DNA from: Klebsormidium nitens
Taxonomy: Eukaryota; Plantae; Klebsormidiophyceae
Reading direction: 5' to 3'
DNA length: 64,000 bases
Assembly: GCA_000708835.1 (NCBI GenBank)
Contig: DF237279.1
Span: forward strand, 1-64,000
This document shows, in pieces, positions 27,501-39,848 of this stretch. The notes beneath the pieces were generated by a model. The model searched no databases. It had not been told where the DNA came from and was given only the letters and a program-made list of their open reading frames with translations. Positions within the stretch are counted from its first letter, which is position 1. Each line of letters starts with the position of its first letter. A program made the position numbers and the translations under genes.

Positions 27501-30500
27501 GGCCAGCAGAAAGTTTGTGCTTGCGTTGAATTGAGTGAAGCAGCTTGGAGTAACTTTGGAAAGTGTGCAGAACTTGAACGTCGTTTGCAGCACACCTGAG
27601 GGAACTCAGCGGCCACGTTGCAGAGAGGTTGAAAGGTGCAATCTAGACTTGGACGTCCCCACTTGGCCAGGGAGAGCTGCTTGGCGTCGCCTTGGAGCAC
27701 AACCTGGCCGTCGTTTACCGGCAATGAGATGGACGGTCAGTTTGAGCAACGTGAATCGGGCCAGCTGAAAAACCGCATTCAGCAATGAAAATGAAGAATC
27801 GACACAATTAAAGCGGCTTGCGTGGCTCGGAAGTTTAAGCAGGACGTGGACGTTGTTTGCAGCCCAGACCTGAGGTTGACTCCAAAGGTCAGGATAGAGC
27901 TTTCAACGATGCGACTAAAGGAACTTTGCTGCGCCGCTTGGTCAGCCAAGAGCAGCTTTGCATGGCCCTGGAGAACCCGGACGCTGCTTGAATGCTGTTT
28001 GAAAAGCACCTGGGGGAGGTTCAGAACGCCGGGTCTTAGATGATATTGACACCGTACAACTAAAGACAGCTCAACTCCGCTTCGCGGAAGTTCACACGGG
28101 ACTCTTTGAACGTGCGGCTTCAAAAGCTCAAAGCTCGACCAAGTGCGAGCTCCAACAGGTAACTCGAACGGGGCACCTTACCTCCCAGATAATAACTGTG
28201 TTGTCCTTCGATGCTGACGCCAGCTTCTTCCCGTCGTGCGAGAACTGCAGGTACCAGACCTCATCCGTGTGCGCCTCAAGTACCTGCGGGATCGACGAGG
28301 AATAGTAAGCTCAGTCTGAAAGGAAAACCTTCTACTCTTGTCTGCAGGAGAGGTACACCCGTGAAGACTTAGCTGCCCAAGGAGCTGCACCTACTCAACA
28401 ATTACAGGACCGAGGGATTGCAAGCGTTGATGAGGAGGCGGCGCAGATTGATCAAACAGAAAAACAGTGGGCACAGATTGAGGGGGATTCAGAACCTTCA
28501 ATTCAAACCAAGCCGAGTCATTATTGTGTACACCTCAAGAGAAGCTTGCTGGGCAAAAGAAAACGGTGGGTACGACAAAGTTGAACGTGGTCAGATGGGT
28601 ATCGAGGATGCTAGACCGGCGACATTGCCTGCCCTCAAAAAGAACCACTGCCCACTGCCAATAGTCAGCTGCATGTTGCACATGAATGCTAAGAAGATTG
28701 AACCAAAAGAGAGGTCTATGCCAACGCACTCCTTGCACCATTCCTAAAAGGAGTGAGTCTCGGGCGACTCAGACAAAGAGTTGTCTCTTGCTGCAGAATT
28801 CAATCCTCACAGGGACGTGCATTCATCCTCCATTGTGGTAAACATTACAACAGCTACAGCAGACACTTGATCAGCCAGACTCGTGGCATTTGACAGGTTG
28901 TCTGGTGAAAGAAGAGTCCTCGGAACGACAAGCATCCACAAATGACAGAGACCGTCAGAAACAGCTCATTTCGGAGAAAGGGGGCCTCTACTCCAAAACG
29001 AAGTTTCTTCATCACTGTGCAGTAATGGACCGAAAAAAGCTGCCGGCGTGTCCTAGTCGCATAAATGTGTATTACAGCAATTGTCCTGACTACGGGCCCG
29101 CACTTTGGAAGTAGAGCAGTAAGCATCTCATCCAAGGACTTGTTAATTCCAGTAGGAAAACTGTAGGGACTGTAACAAGTAACTTCCACCACTTTGCACA
29201 AGTGGCATCTGGACACACGTTCAGGCTTGGTGCCGCCTGAGCAACAAGCTCTTCGTGGTACCATCCTCGCCAAAACGAGCACTTGGAAGGCTGGTTTGGA
29301 GGCATCCGGAAACTTACACAACGACTTTGCAAGCACGTACAACAGTGATTCGATGAGTACAAGAGGCTCGCTAAAATTCACAAACGCTTGCTAAGTTCAG
29401 CGAGTCGGTCTATTAACCACATGGGGGATGCTTGGGAGGCTAACACAAAAGTAGCCAAAGGGTTCAGAAAGCGCATGGGTGTCAAGTGAGCAACATTCGT
29501 CCAGGACGTAGGCGATGGCACAATCGTATTGCTTGCAACGACACCCGTTGCCTTTGAGCAGCTTCGGGGGTGAGATCCGCAGCTTGGCTTCAGAAGCTCC
29601 CATGCTCGTCTTCATTGCTGCTGACGGGGTATGACCAGTCATCCATCAGAGCGCGCTCACCAGTGAAGCAGAGCAGAAAAGACTCATATATTGCACCTTC
29701 AAACCGGATCATCATGGCAGTAGCCTCAACAGCGTCGAAGAACTCGAAGTCGAGACACTGCAATCGTACTACAGCACTAGTTTTCGGCAGGAAGAGGCAT
29801 GACGGTTGCTTAAACGTGCATACTGCAGTGAAAAGCGAAGGGATGGAGAAAGCGAGCCCGAAACGGTAACATGGCTGGTCCTTGGCACGCAAGGTCGTTC
29901 AGCGAGTCGAGACTCGCAGCTTTACAAGATCCAATGTGCTTTTCGGCTAGCTCGTCTAATAAGCAGCGCCAGTCTGTTAAACTGATGGGCGATTAGGGAG
30001 ATGAAAGCTTAAAGAGGAGCGAAGCCTTCTTCGAAAGGGAGAAGCACCCAATGATTGCTGTCCCCTATGCAACCACTCAATCAGGCCTCACTCCTAGCAG
30101 CAGTATCTGCTGGATTTGGAGAGAGACAACAAGGACTAAGCTCTAACAAAAATCTCAAACACAGCAACAAACCCTTAATCACGACAATGACTCAATCAAA
30201 TCGGCAGACTCAGCATCAGTCCCGTTCCACCTGCACCCTTTTATGGGTATCTGGTTTGGCCCGCACTTGAAGTCCGCAAACGGGTAAACCTCGAGGACTT
30301 TTGTAAAACAAGCCTCGAAGGCATTGATCAAAGAGAGCAGAACCGAACAAGCCCAACAAGCGCTCCCCACCTGCACCGTCTCGGTGGGTATCTGGTCGCG
30401 CCCGCACTTGTGGTCCGCGAACAGGCAGAACGCCTCGTCCTGCGTGTTGTGGAACTCGCACGCCGCCTGCTGGTGCGCCAACGCCTGTTCCACCAGAACC

Positions 30501-32325
30501 TCTAGCCGTTTCTCCGGGATCAGCACGCTCGGCGGGAGCAGTCGCTGCAGATCCAGCAGCAGTTTGTTGCGGCTCTCCCCCGGAGACCAGTGGGATTGCG
30601 CGAGGAGGTCCGCGGAGTTGGTGCACATAACCCAGGCGGCAAGGCGGTGCAGCTGCGGGGCGTTGACCTTCAGGGGGGCCAGCTCGTTCCGCAGAACCTG
30701 CAAGGAAAGAAAAGAGCTTTCATTTAAGTGAAATAATTGGTCTTTGGCTCCGTTCCTTCGTTCTTGCTATGGACACTCTCGGGCTTCGTGCTGTTTCTCT
30801 AAAGATACTTAGATCGTCAGTAGAAGCATCGTAGCTGCTGCAGCAACGAGGTAACTCCTCACCTAACGCTGCTTAGAAAGATGTTGCCAGCGGTTTGGTG
30901 TCCAGTGTGCATCGGTTCGTTCTAGCTGACCAGCGGAAAGGAAATCTTCTCGTCCCTTCTGATCGGTACCATCCTGTCTTTCTTTCGTACGCTGTTGCTA
31001 AGCCTTTACAACAAGGGAATTACTCATTTGAGGAGACCCAAACAGAATCCTCAAAAAGCTGAATGAGGCGCTAACAAAAATGAATCCACATCCCTCAAGT
31101 CTTTCCTTCCTTGTGGACCGTACCTCCCAAACGCACGATGCTCATTTTTAAAAGACATGAAGCCAACAAAGAAGCGCATCTTAAGAGCAAGGCCTGTGGA
31201 TCCTTCTCAGCTTCTCCAAGCACCTGCAAAATCAAGAACGTTGGCGTTCTTATACTCGTCCTCGTTGTCGAGGCACTTTCTGTCAAAGGTAATTTTACTT
31301 TCTGATTAAGGTAGGGGGTAAAGAACGAAAGGGAGGGAAATGGGGTGGGGGTGGAGCAAAAGAACAGGGGACGCATAGGTAGAAAAGGACGCACCTTGAG
31401 CGCCAGACCCGTGGACCCTTCTTCCAGCGCCTCCAGGAACTTCTGTTGCAGGATCAAGAACTTGGCGTTCTTGTACACGTCCTGGTTGTCGAGACGCAGC
31501 TCCCGCAAGAGCGTCACGCACTCCTCCCAGCGTCCGACGAGCACGCCGTCCTGTAACCGGTTCACTGCGTCCGACTGTAACGGAATGGACGACTCCTCTT
31601 CCAGCCGCGCTGCGGTGCTGGAGTAGCCTAAGCCTCGGAGAGCCTGCAAACGAAGAAACAACCGGTTGAGCCCTATGCAATCCTGACCGGCAGCGAAGAT
31701 GACAGGAAGATGTCCCTTTGCCAAGAGAAGTGAAGGTCCAGGTGCATGATGTCTGCAAGTTTCTCTTCGGTACACTTATCAAGAACCGCAGGAGCATGTT
31801 GAATAATTCACAAGTCAAAAAAACGAATAAGAAAGCTTCAACGAAGTTGAAATCTCTAAGGGGTTTGATGAGAATGACCAACGAATCGAACTTGCTGCAG
31901 CAAAAAATAGATTTCCCGACGAATCACACAGTGTTTTATCATCGCAGTTCTTACTGCTAAAACTTGTGCCAAATCTAAAGCAACAGGAATTGCAAGGACT
32001 TTAAGCGGGATGCGTTGCAGCCAGTATTTATTCACATGACAGTCTTGGCCTCTGCACATCAACCGTCCCACGCTCGCCTCACCTGTGTAATCAGCCTGAC
32101 ATACTCGGTGCGCCGGATGATCCCCCTGGGCCCCACAAACTCGCTGGCGGGGGGCGGCTTAGGCGTCTCCTTCTTAGCCGCTAGCTGCGGCCCCATATTC
32201 AGGTCGATAAATGCGAGCGGCTTTGATAGGCTGGGGTCTCTGACGCTGATGTCAGGGGGATCAATGCTGATGTCAGATGCGCTGGAAGACAGGTCACCGA
32301 TCCGAGCGCGCTTGCTGGGTCGTGC
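24585..32325 (-). CDS. WDR26: WD40-repeat protein, WDR26/GID7 family (CTLH/GID E3 ligase subunit), 8 identified coding exons; start uncertain
   Basis: Minus-strand exons with GT-AG boundaries, all phase 0: 32083-32325, 31395-31643, 30371-30697, 28182-28283, 26906-27244, 26205-26345, 25617-25766, 24585-24824 (597 codons). LisH/CTLH-like region ([52 protein letters not shown]). WD repeats ([26 protein letters not shown]; YVIRSCFGG...[12 protein letters not shown]; [13 protein letters not shown]...[13 protein letters not shown]) match plant WDR26 from recall. The first in-frame ATG is at 32196; an upstream exon may exist. Confidence 0.93.
24812..25140 (-). repeat. 155-bp tandem triplication of the WDR26 last-exon 3' splice junction
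   Basis: tgccatatgtacacctgaa (sense ttcag|gtgtacatatgg) recurs, with the acceptor ctg at 24825, 24980 and 25135. Confidence 0.9.
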
Positions 32326-34394
32326 CTGGAGAAGGGTCGATGATGGTGTCAGGAACGGTCCTGTGATAAGGGCCTAGGAGGGGCAGTCGGGTGGGAATGC
32401 TGAAACTGACTGAGTTGGATGATTTGTGACTGGGGGCTGGATATGGTAAAATGAAAAGAAGAAAGAGTGAAAGTCTCGAAAGAGGTTTGCGGATTTGAAT
32501 GGAAGGGCATGTAGAGACTGAGTTGAGGAAGGAATGCATGGAAAGAAAGTGACATCAATTTTACTCACACTCTTACAGCAGCAATGCCTCATGCTTATGT
32601 ATGACGAACAAGCGTTGGAATGAGAACACTTGACCTCAACCGAGACCAAGTACGCGACGAAACCTCGAGTTAGATGGCTTTCACTGGAAAAGGAGGGATA
32701 GAAAAAGCACAGGAAAACACTTGTAAATATTTAAGTTCTCGAGGGCTTCATTCAAAGAGTAAAACCTGGCTTTCCAACTCCCATGTCAAGTGTATGATGT
32801 CATGGCCTATACGAACGAAACGTTTGCTGTAATCATTCCTCAAGTGTAAAAAGCCGTATCAAAAGCTAGCGGACTTTGTCAGAAGGCTTGACACGACGAT
32901 AAAGACCAAGACCTTGAAAGAGCGATCATGACACCAGACTCATTCTTTTGAAGTCCTAACCAGTGCATACTTTGGGTTGTGAAACTATCATGACCTTGCT
33001 TGCCTCAAAGCAAAGCTCAAGCACGATGTTCCGCTGGAACGAAGAGCTTGCCCTAAACGTCCTTGACAGCTCCCACCTTAACGAGCCATGCACAATCTGT
33101 TTGATATGAACACAAACTGGATCCATAATACTGTTTACTTTGTGCATCGCCCCGCTGCACTTCGTCGCACTACTTCTGTCAAAGTATCTTTTTATTTCTT
33201 TCAGTCAGGAGAAAGAATGCTTACACAGTCTGCACTTTGTAATAAACTGTCTCGGGTTCTGGTGGCCCTTGTTAGCAAAGCAAAAGGCCACAGAACAATA
33301 GACTCTGCAACCTCTGTAAACACATCACGGCTGCGCTTCACGCCCCACTTGCATGGCCTTGCGAAGGAGCTTGCTCCACGACCTGGCGGCCTCAAACTGT
33401 ACCATCTGCTTATCCTATGTGCCAACAACATGCAGCCGCTGACGGAGGGTGCAGACGAACCGAGTAAACTTGCCAACGGGTGTTGACAGGAAACTTCAAG
33501 GGACTGCCTCATTGGTGCTCGTGGCGCACCTTGCAATTGTTGGCCTTCTGGTCTATATCAATGAGCTCCGAGCCATCTTCGCAGTCAGCATATTGTACCG
33601 TCTGACTCAGCTAAAAGTGACACAACAGCAAGAGCACTGTCTCAAGCACCAAAAGCAGAAGGAACAGAAGCAGAAAGCCCCAATCCTTCCTCTGCTTTTC
33701 AACTCACCTGGTCTACGTCGTCCGGCCCGCCCATGTAACGTCGCGGCCAGAAGCCAGCTTAGCCAGGGCACATGTTTACATCCAGAGACAAGGCGCTGAC
33801 GACCACTTCGTGCGTCGTTGGCGCTGACAAATGACAGGTATGTGCAGCTTGATGGAGCTAAAACTTGCTGGAGCTCGTCACAAATATAGCACTGTAGCTT
33901 GCGCCTTTAGGCGCTCCCCTGAGGCTGCAGCGCTAGATAGGTGGCCTCTTCTACAGCTTTGTGGAGAAGAACCTGAGGGGGCCTGATCTGAAGAGGTCAC
34001 TTAGTAGCGGAGCTGGCACCATGCGGACGGTGGTTGGACGGTTGGACTCGGAGCCCTGGCAGGCGCGGCGTGGGGCTCTATAGCTGCGGACATCCGCACT
34101 TGCCTTGAACGACGAAACTCCCCAAACCTCCGCATATTTTACTTTCGCGCAGGGCGGCCGCCGGCGAGGACCGCGCGCGCCGCGGCCGTCCGGCCTTGTT
34201 GTCCGAGTCGTGCCGGTCTGCGGCCGGTCTGAACAAATACAGTATCAAAGAAGATGACAAGGAAGAGGCGTATAAGCGGAGCATCAGCGCAGTAACGTGC
34301 TGATGTGAATTAGCAGCGTCAAGTGCTATCTTGTGATCGCTTCCCACCGGTGTTGACCTTTTTCAATTCTCTGAATTGTGCGGCTCAGCGGACG

Positions 34395-35656
34395 ATGGCG
34401 CGCCAAGGCAGGAACGTAGCTTCCTTGCTTCTCTTTTTCTGGCTCTTTGCGAGCTCCCGCTCTGAAATCTCTACCGAAGTGGGCAGCGACGCCAGGTTGC
34501 CTCTGCCCGAGCCAACCCTCGTGAACAACTACCTCCAAAACTGCTCAAACTGGACCAATCCTCTGCTCGAGGGACAGCCCCGGGCACTGACTCCAGGTGG
34601 TAAAGTGTCATGCCAAGGCGGAGTATGACTTCTACCAGATAGAAACGCCTGACGGCTCCTGCGAATACCCGCCCCCTCCTATAGAGGCCCTGCAAAAGAT
34701 AAGGGTCCCGATCGTCGAGTACTGCGCATGGTTTGCGTTTGGCTTTCTAAGCGAGCTGATTTGGAACACGATCGTGACGGTGATAGGGTTGTTCTCTCTG
34801 GGCATGTGCGTGGGGAAATGCTGCGAGGATTGTATGGAGCTCAGGGCGAAGGTCCACAAGTCTATGGGCGATGCACCGGGTATTACGCCCGCGAATCAGG
34901 GACCGGTCTATGGTCAGACTCAGCCTGAACAAAACCCGTTTTCTGCGGGGGTAAAAACAGCCGCTAGTTCTGCTTGTTCTAATCTAGATGTAAATCCGGA
35001 AATTCTAGCTCAGACGGAAACGTTGACATTACTTGAGGCGGGAGGACAGGATGCTCCGGGCCGCGCTGTGAAGGATGCGGGCACTCACCCGTTAGAACTA
35101 GAGGCGGAACGTGCAGGGGAGCAAGTAATCTATACAGACCTAGAGACGGAGACAGTGAATTGCAGCCCAGCACTTCTATTTGTTATAGTCGGCCTTCCCC
35201 TGGTGCTCTTCTCCGCTTTCGTCACCCACAAGGGACTGGACGAAATGTTTTCGGGCAGCAAGAAGGTGCCGGTGGGCCCGGTTCTTCTCCCCGACCCCTC
35301 TCATGGCCTGAATCAATTCCTGACGCAAAGCAACGCCACCCTGAACCTGACGCTGTGCGTTACGGATGCGATGTGTTTCTACGTGGCCTTTCCGGACAGC
35401 TGTCCGCAGCTGGGCGACCTGTATGGCGGCCGCACTCGACCTCCGTCGCCGGAAGTCGTCTATCGGGAGCCGGGAGCTACTACGGTCCGACTACTACGCT
35501 ATTGTTGCAATAGCAATGTGGGCGACCGGAATTCCGGTGGTCTTCTTTGTGGCTGGAGCGTTTCTTTGTTTGATTCCAAGCGGCTGTTTCTATGCCGAGA
35601 AGAAGATCCGTGACGCGATTGAGATGCGTAGGGCGGCCGGTAAGCCGCGGGTGTAA
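34395..35656 (+). pseudogene. Unknown signal-peptide/multi-TM protein, copy 1, with two frameshifts
   Basis: MARQGRNVASLLLFFWLFASS signal-like start. Relative to copy 2 there is a 4-nt insertion near 34588 (gcactgactccag vs gcactccag) and a second shift at ~35445-35490. The three frames together align to copy 2 through GCFYAEKKIRDAI. No usable intron was seen at the shifts. Confidence 0.7.
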
Positions 35657-37260
35657 ACGAGGGGTTAACGGTGACAATTGGATGAGGTTGACGAGAATAG
35701 ACAAGATTTCATTGATGGCTAAACCGACGATAAGATATTCCGCAAACGACGTCGGTACGTAAGACAAACGAGATCCTCAAAGAACAGAACGAGCCCGAAT
35801 TGCGACTTCTTATAAGGTAACATAGTACGTCCCCATCAAGTCGCGCATCTGTGATACAAAGATCGCGCAAGAAGCATGTTTCATATTGACAACCTGTGGA
35901 ACAACGTGGCGCTCCATCTTACTGGCCGGGTGCGATCCAACCGATCGTCTATTTTGCTGCGATATATTACTGACAGCCTAAGCTTAATGAAAACCAGTTG
36001 TCCATGTTTCTTATCAAGCACGGAGAAGAAAGACATAGATGAACTGATCGGATGCACTATTCAGTCCGCAATATAGTGTCCAATCAAGCTCTGGCTACTG
36101 ATATAGAACTGATCGAGGGGCCCATATAAAAGGCTTCAGGCTCTGCTCTCACCATAAACCTATCATCGGGCAGTGGTCAAATCATTCGAGGGATGATCCC
36201 TCGTACTAGTTGCCATGGAAATTTGATGCATGGTGACGATCACAGCAGCTAGGGGCACGAACGTCCTATCAGCCGGCCGCGCAAATGGTTATAGTGCCAG
36301 TTTGTTTCGGTGTGTACTATTTGCTTGTAATGTTCCTTACTGAGATGCTTACAAGAATGGTACGTGGGCATTTTAAGGCTTCTGCTTGAATCTCTTGCAA
36401 TCTGCAACGTGCATGCGTAGTGCACCTCAGCGCACACAATATGCCGGCCGTAGGCGTTTTGCAACCTGGCTAAAGAGGAAAACAGTATCAGAAAATACCA
36501 TGCCTCGTCCTGCTTTTCAGCTCATCTGGTCTACTTTGTCCGTCCCGCCCATGTAACGTCGCGGCCAGTAGCCAGCAACCGGAACAATGTTCGCATCCAG
36601 AGATGATTACTGGTTAACGAGCATTCATGTGTACGTCGTTCGAGTTGGGGCTGACAATGACCGGTATGTGCACTGCTTGCATTGGGGGAGCTAAATGTTT
36701 GAAGCTCGTCACAGGTAGCATGCGCCTTTCCAAATTCCAGGCGCTCCCCAACCTCCCCTACGGCTACAGCACTTAGCATGGAGCTTCGAGACTGAGGTCT
36801 GAAGCGGGAGAGTACATGATCAGATGAAGACTACAAGACTCAAGAGGAGCTGGCACCATGCGGACGTTGTTTCGGACGCTACTTAGTATAGCAGGCTGAG
36901 GAGAATTGAGTCGGATGGGCCTCCCGGTGGATGCGGACGTCCCCGTTGTATTGAGAGTCAAACGTCCCGAACCTCCGACCGCAGCTTGCACTTGGCGCGG
37001 GGCGGCCGCCAGCGAAGTCCGCGCGAACCGCGGCCGTCCGATCCATGTTGTGCCATGGCAATTTACCAGTGCGAACAAATGCAGATGCGGCAGATTTGCA
37101 TCTAGGAAACAGGTAGTAAACAGAGCAACAGCGCCTTTACATACACCTCGGTGGATGTATCGCAGGTTCTGAGTGCTAAATATCATACTATTGGGAGGGC
37201 TCAGCTCTTGTCGCGTGATAGCGGTGTCAACGTCTTTGAACTCTTTGAATTCAGCGAACG

Positions 37261-38446
37261 ATGGCGCGCCAAGGCAGGGGCGTAATCTCCGTACTCCTTC
37301 TGTTCGGGTTGTTTGCAACAGCATGCTGTGAAGTCTCTTCTCCGTCAAACAATGACACCCAATTGCTTCTTCCTGAGCCAACCCTCGTGAACAACTACCT
37401 CCAAAAGTGCTCAAACTGGACCAATCCTCTGCTCGGGGGACAACCCCGAGCACTCCAGGTGGTAAAGTGTCACGCCAAGGCAGGGTATGACTTCTATCAA
37501 GCGGAAACGTCTGACAACTCTTGCGAATTCCCGCCCCCTATTGCGATAGAGACCATGCAAGACACAAAGGTACCAATTTTCGAGTACTGCGCCTGGTTCG
37601 CGTTTGGCTTCATAAGCGAGCTGATTTGGAACACAATCGCGACGGCGCTCGTCGGGGGCTTTTATGAAGGAATGTTGTGGGCCTGTTTTGACGAGTGTAT
37701 GAGCTTCAGGGAGAGTGCACGAGTCAATGTGCCCGGATTCTGAAGCATCGGATGATGATGAGGGACCAATCTACGGTCAGCATTCTGAACAAACCCGGGG
37801 CGCTTATTCGGAGGATGAAACGGCGGCCAGATTTGCTTGCTCCTTGGAAGCAAGCTCGTTTGAACTCGATGGGGAACGCGCGGAAAATCAAGCTGCTCCC
37901 AAAAAGCTGGCATCAGCTTGCAAGTGGTGTTGCTTGCTAGGTTTGATTGCCATGGTCGGTCTTCCCGTTGTAGGCGCCTCTGCTTTCGTCACCTACAAGG
38001 CAATGGAAGAGATGTTCCCAGTCCCTAGCAGGGAGCTGCAGTACGTAGGCCCGGTTCAGCTCCCCGACCCCTCCGAGGGCCTCAACCATTTCCTGACGCA
38101 AAGTAACGCTGCCTTGACTCTGACCCTGTGCATTACGGACGCTATGGGCTTCTACGTGGGCTTTCCGGACAGCTGTCCGCAGCTGGGCGACCCATATGGC
38201 GGACGCGTCAGAACGCCCCCGCCGATAACCTCTAATGAGGCGAAACCACTTGCAGGAGATTACTCGTTCTTTGTGACAATGGCCATGTGGGCGACCGGAA
38301 TTCCGGCTGTGTTCGTTGCCGCTTCTATGATCCTACACGGTTGTTTCTATGCGGAGAAGAAGATACGCGATGCGATCCAAAGGCGTAAGGCGGGCGCTTA
38401 CAAGCTTGTGCCGATGGAGGGAGGTTTGGAGCAGCAGCCAGTGTGA
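37261..38446 (+). pseudogene. Unknown signal-peptide/multi-TM protein, copy 2, with one frameshift (alternatively two overlapping ORFs or an assembly indel)
   Basis: ORFs 37261-37743 and ~37715-38446 are colinear with copy 1. At ~37712 copy 2 reads agggaga-gtgcacgagtcaatg where copy 1 reads agggcgaaggtccacaagtctatg, shifting the frame. Three hydrophobic segments follow the signal peptide. Confidence 0.65.
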
Positions 38447-39848
38447 GAGTGGGGTTACGAGACGATGTGTCTGTGCGTGAGGTTGACGTCGGACGAGGAC
38501 TGGCACTGGTTTCTGTGGTCTGAAGGATAGAACGACGATAAGATGGTCCGCAAACGAGGCAACATAAGGCAGTGAAATCCTCAAGAGACAGAACGAGTCC
38601 GAATTACGAATTCGTAGACGGTGGAGTAGTAAGTGGCTTTTCTTCGGTGTTGTGAATCAGTTTGTAGTTGCGTGTATCAATTTCAAGTTTGCAGTTACCG
38701 GTTTTAAGAGTTTGGCGGTTTTCGAACACAAACAGACGCATGAAGCATGCCAAGCATGCTTCTTATTGAGAAAGCTGTGGTACAAAGCAGAGCTCCATCT
38801 CAATGGCCGGCCCGATCCCGGATTTCAGATTCATCGGCCTATGTTTGCTGCATTACGTTCTAATATCCTACCTGAGTTTAAACCAGTTGGCGAGGGTATG
38901 CTACTTGTCATGCACATTCAACGACGCGGCAGTACATGTGAACGTGTCGTAGTCCAAACTCGTACAGTATTATAGTATCCGATCAAGCTCAGGCAGGCTG
39001 CCAGCGGGTTAAAATTGATCGAGGGGCCCGTTTACAGGGCTGGGCGCTCAGCTGAGCTCTGTGCATTGCAAGGTTGCCATGATATAATCAGCTGTGATGC
39101 ATCATTGATTGTGATCATTGCCAGCAGCTTTAGGGGATTAGGGGCGGCTCAAACGTCCTGCAATTGTCAGCCGTGGGTGGTTATGACTAAGAATTCAGTG
39201 TACTGCCACATGATGTACCCTGTATGAAGCAGTTGCTCAGACGCGAAGTTAGTACGCGCGGGCATTATAATAAATGGCCGGATGGCTGGCTCTCAAAAAC
39301 CTTGCATACTTGCAGATGCATGTGTTTATCGCGCCGAGTCGTACCTCTGACAGTCACTGAGTGAGGCTCAGCCTAGCGCCCGGCCATATCGGATACCAGC
39401 TAGGCCCTTTGCACGGCACGGCGTGACGTCCTACTTATTTCGTCAGTTGGCGGCCATTGATGCATCATTATTTGAAACGATGCCAATCACTTAGCCTAGT
39501 AGGCTCTATAAGAACTCAGAGGTCTCGTATGCGCACAACAGCGCGGCCGCAATACGTTCCAGCGAATGATTTCTCCGCCTGTGAAACAGGAGACACTGAT
39601 TGCGTGATGGAACGTACTGATACCGCCTGGATTCTGGTTTGGTAGAGCTCTAAGAGCACTGTTTGAGATCTTGATACAATTCGTAATGTACGAGTGCTGC
39701 GCCTAAGGAAAGCTGTTGATCAGCTACTAGTGACAGTCTATCTACATAGGGCCGATTTCATGGCGAGCCTGTCGTGTAATCGGATAACCTGGATGAAAGC
39801 AGTCCAGTGGTGCACTTTACAACGAGGTGTCCTGCATGTGTACCGCTG

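Larger units (their letters stand above)
33600..39300 (+). repeat. Tandem segmental duplication, two units of ~2.87 kb
   Basis: The ATGs at 34395 and 37261 are 2866 bp apart. Flanks also match: gcccgcccatgtaacgtcgcggccag at ~33725 and ~36545, and gctccatct..tggccgg plus gatcgaggggccc blocks at ~35910-36125 and ~38790-39030. Boundaries are approximate. Confidence 0.85.

Noticed and set aside
28400-30100. Nested gene or TE in the 2-kb WDR26 intron (ORFs 28854-29381, 29590-29892)
   Set aside because: No recognisable motif or exon-like composition.
32570-32592. WDR26 first exon MRHCCCKS followed by gtgagt
   Set aside because: It is phase-compatible but unlike WDR26 N-termini as I recall them, so it may be 5' UTR. 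Left out of the call.
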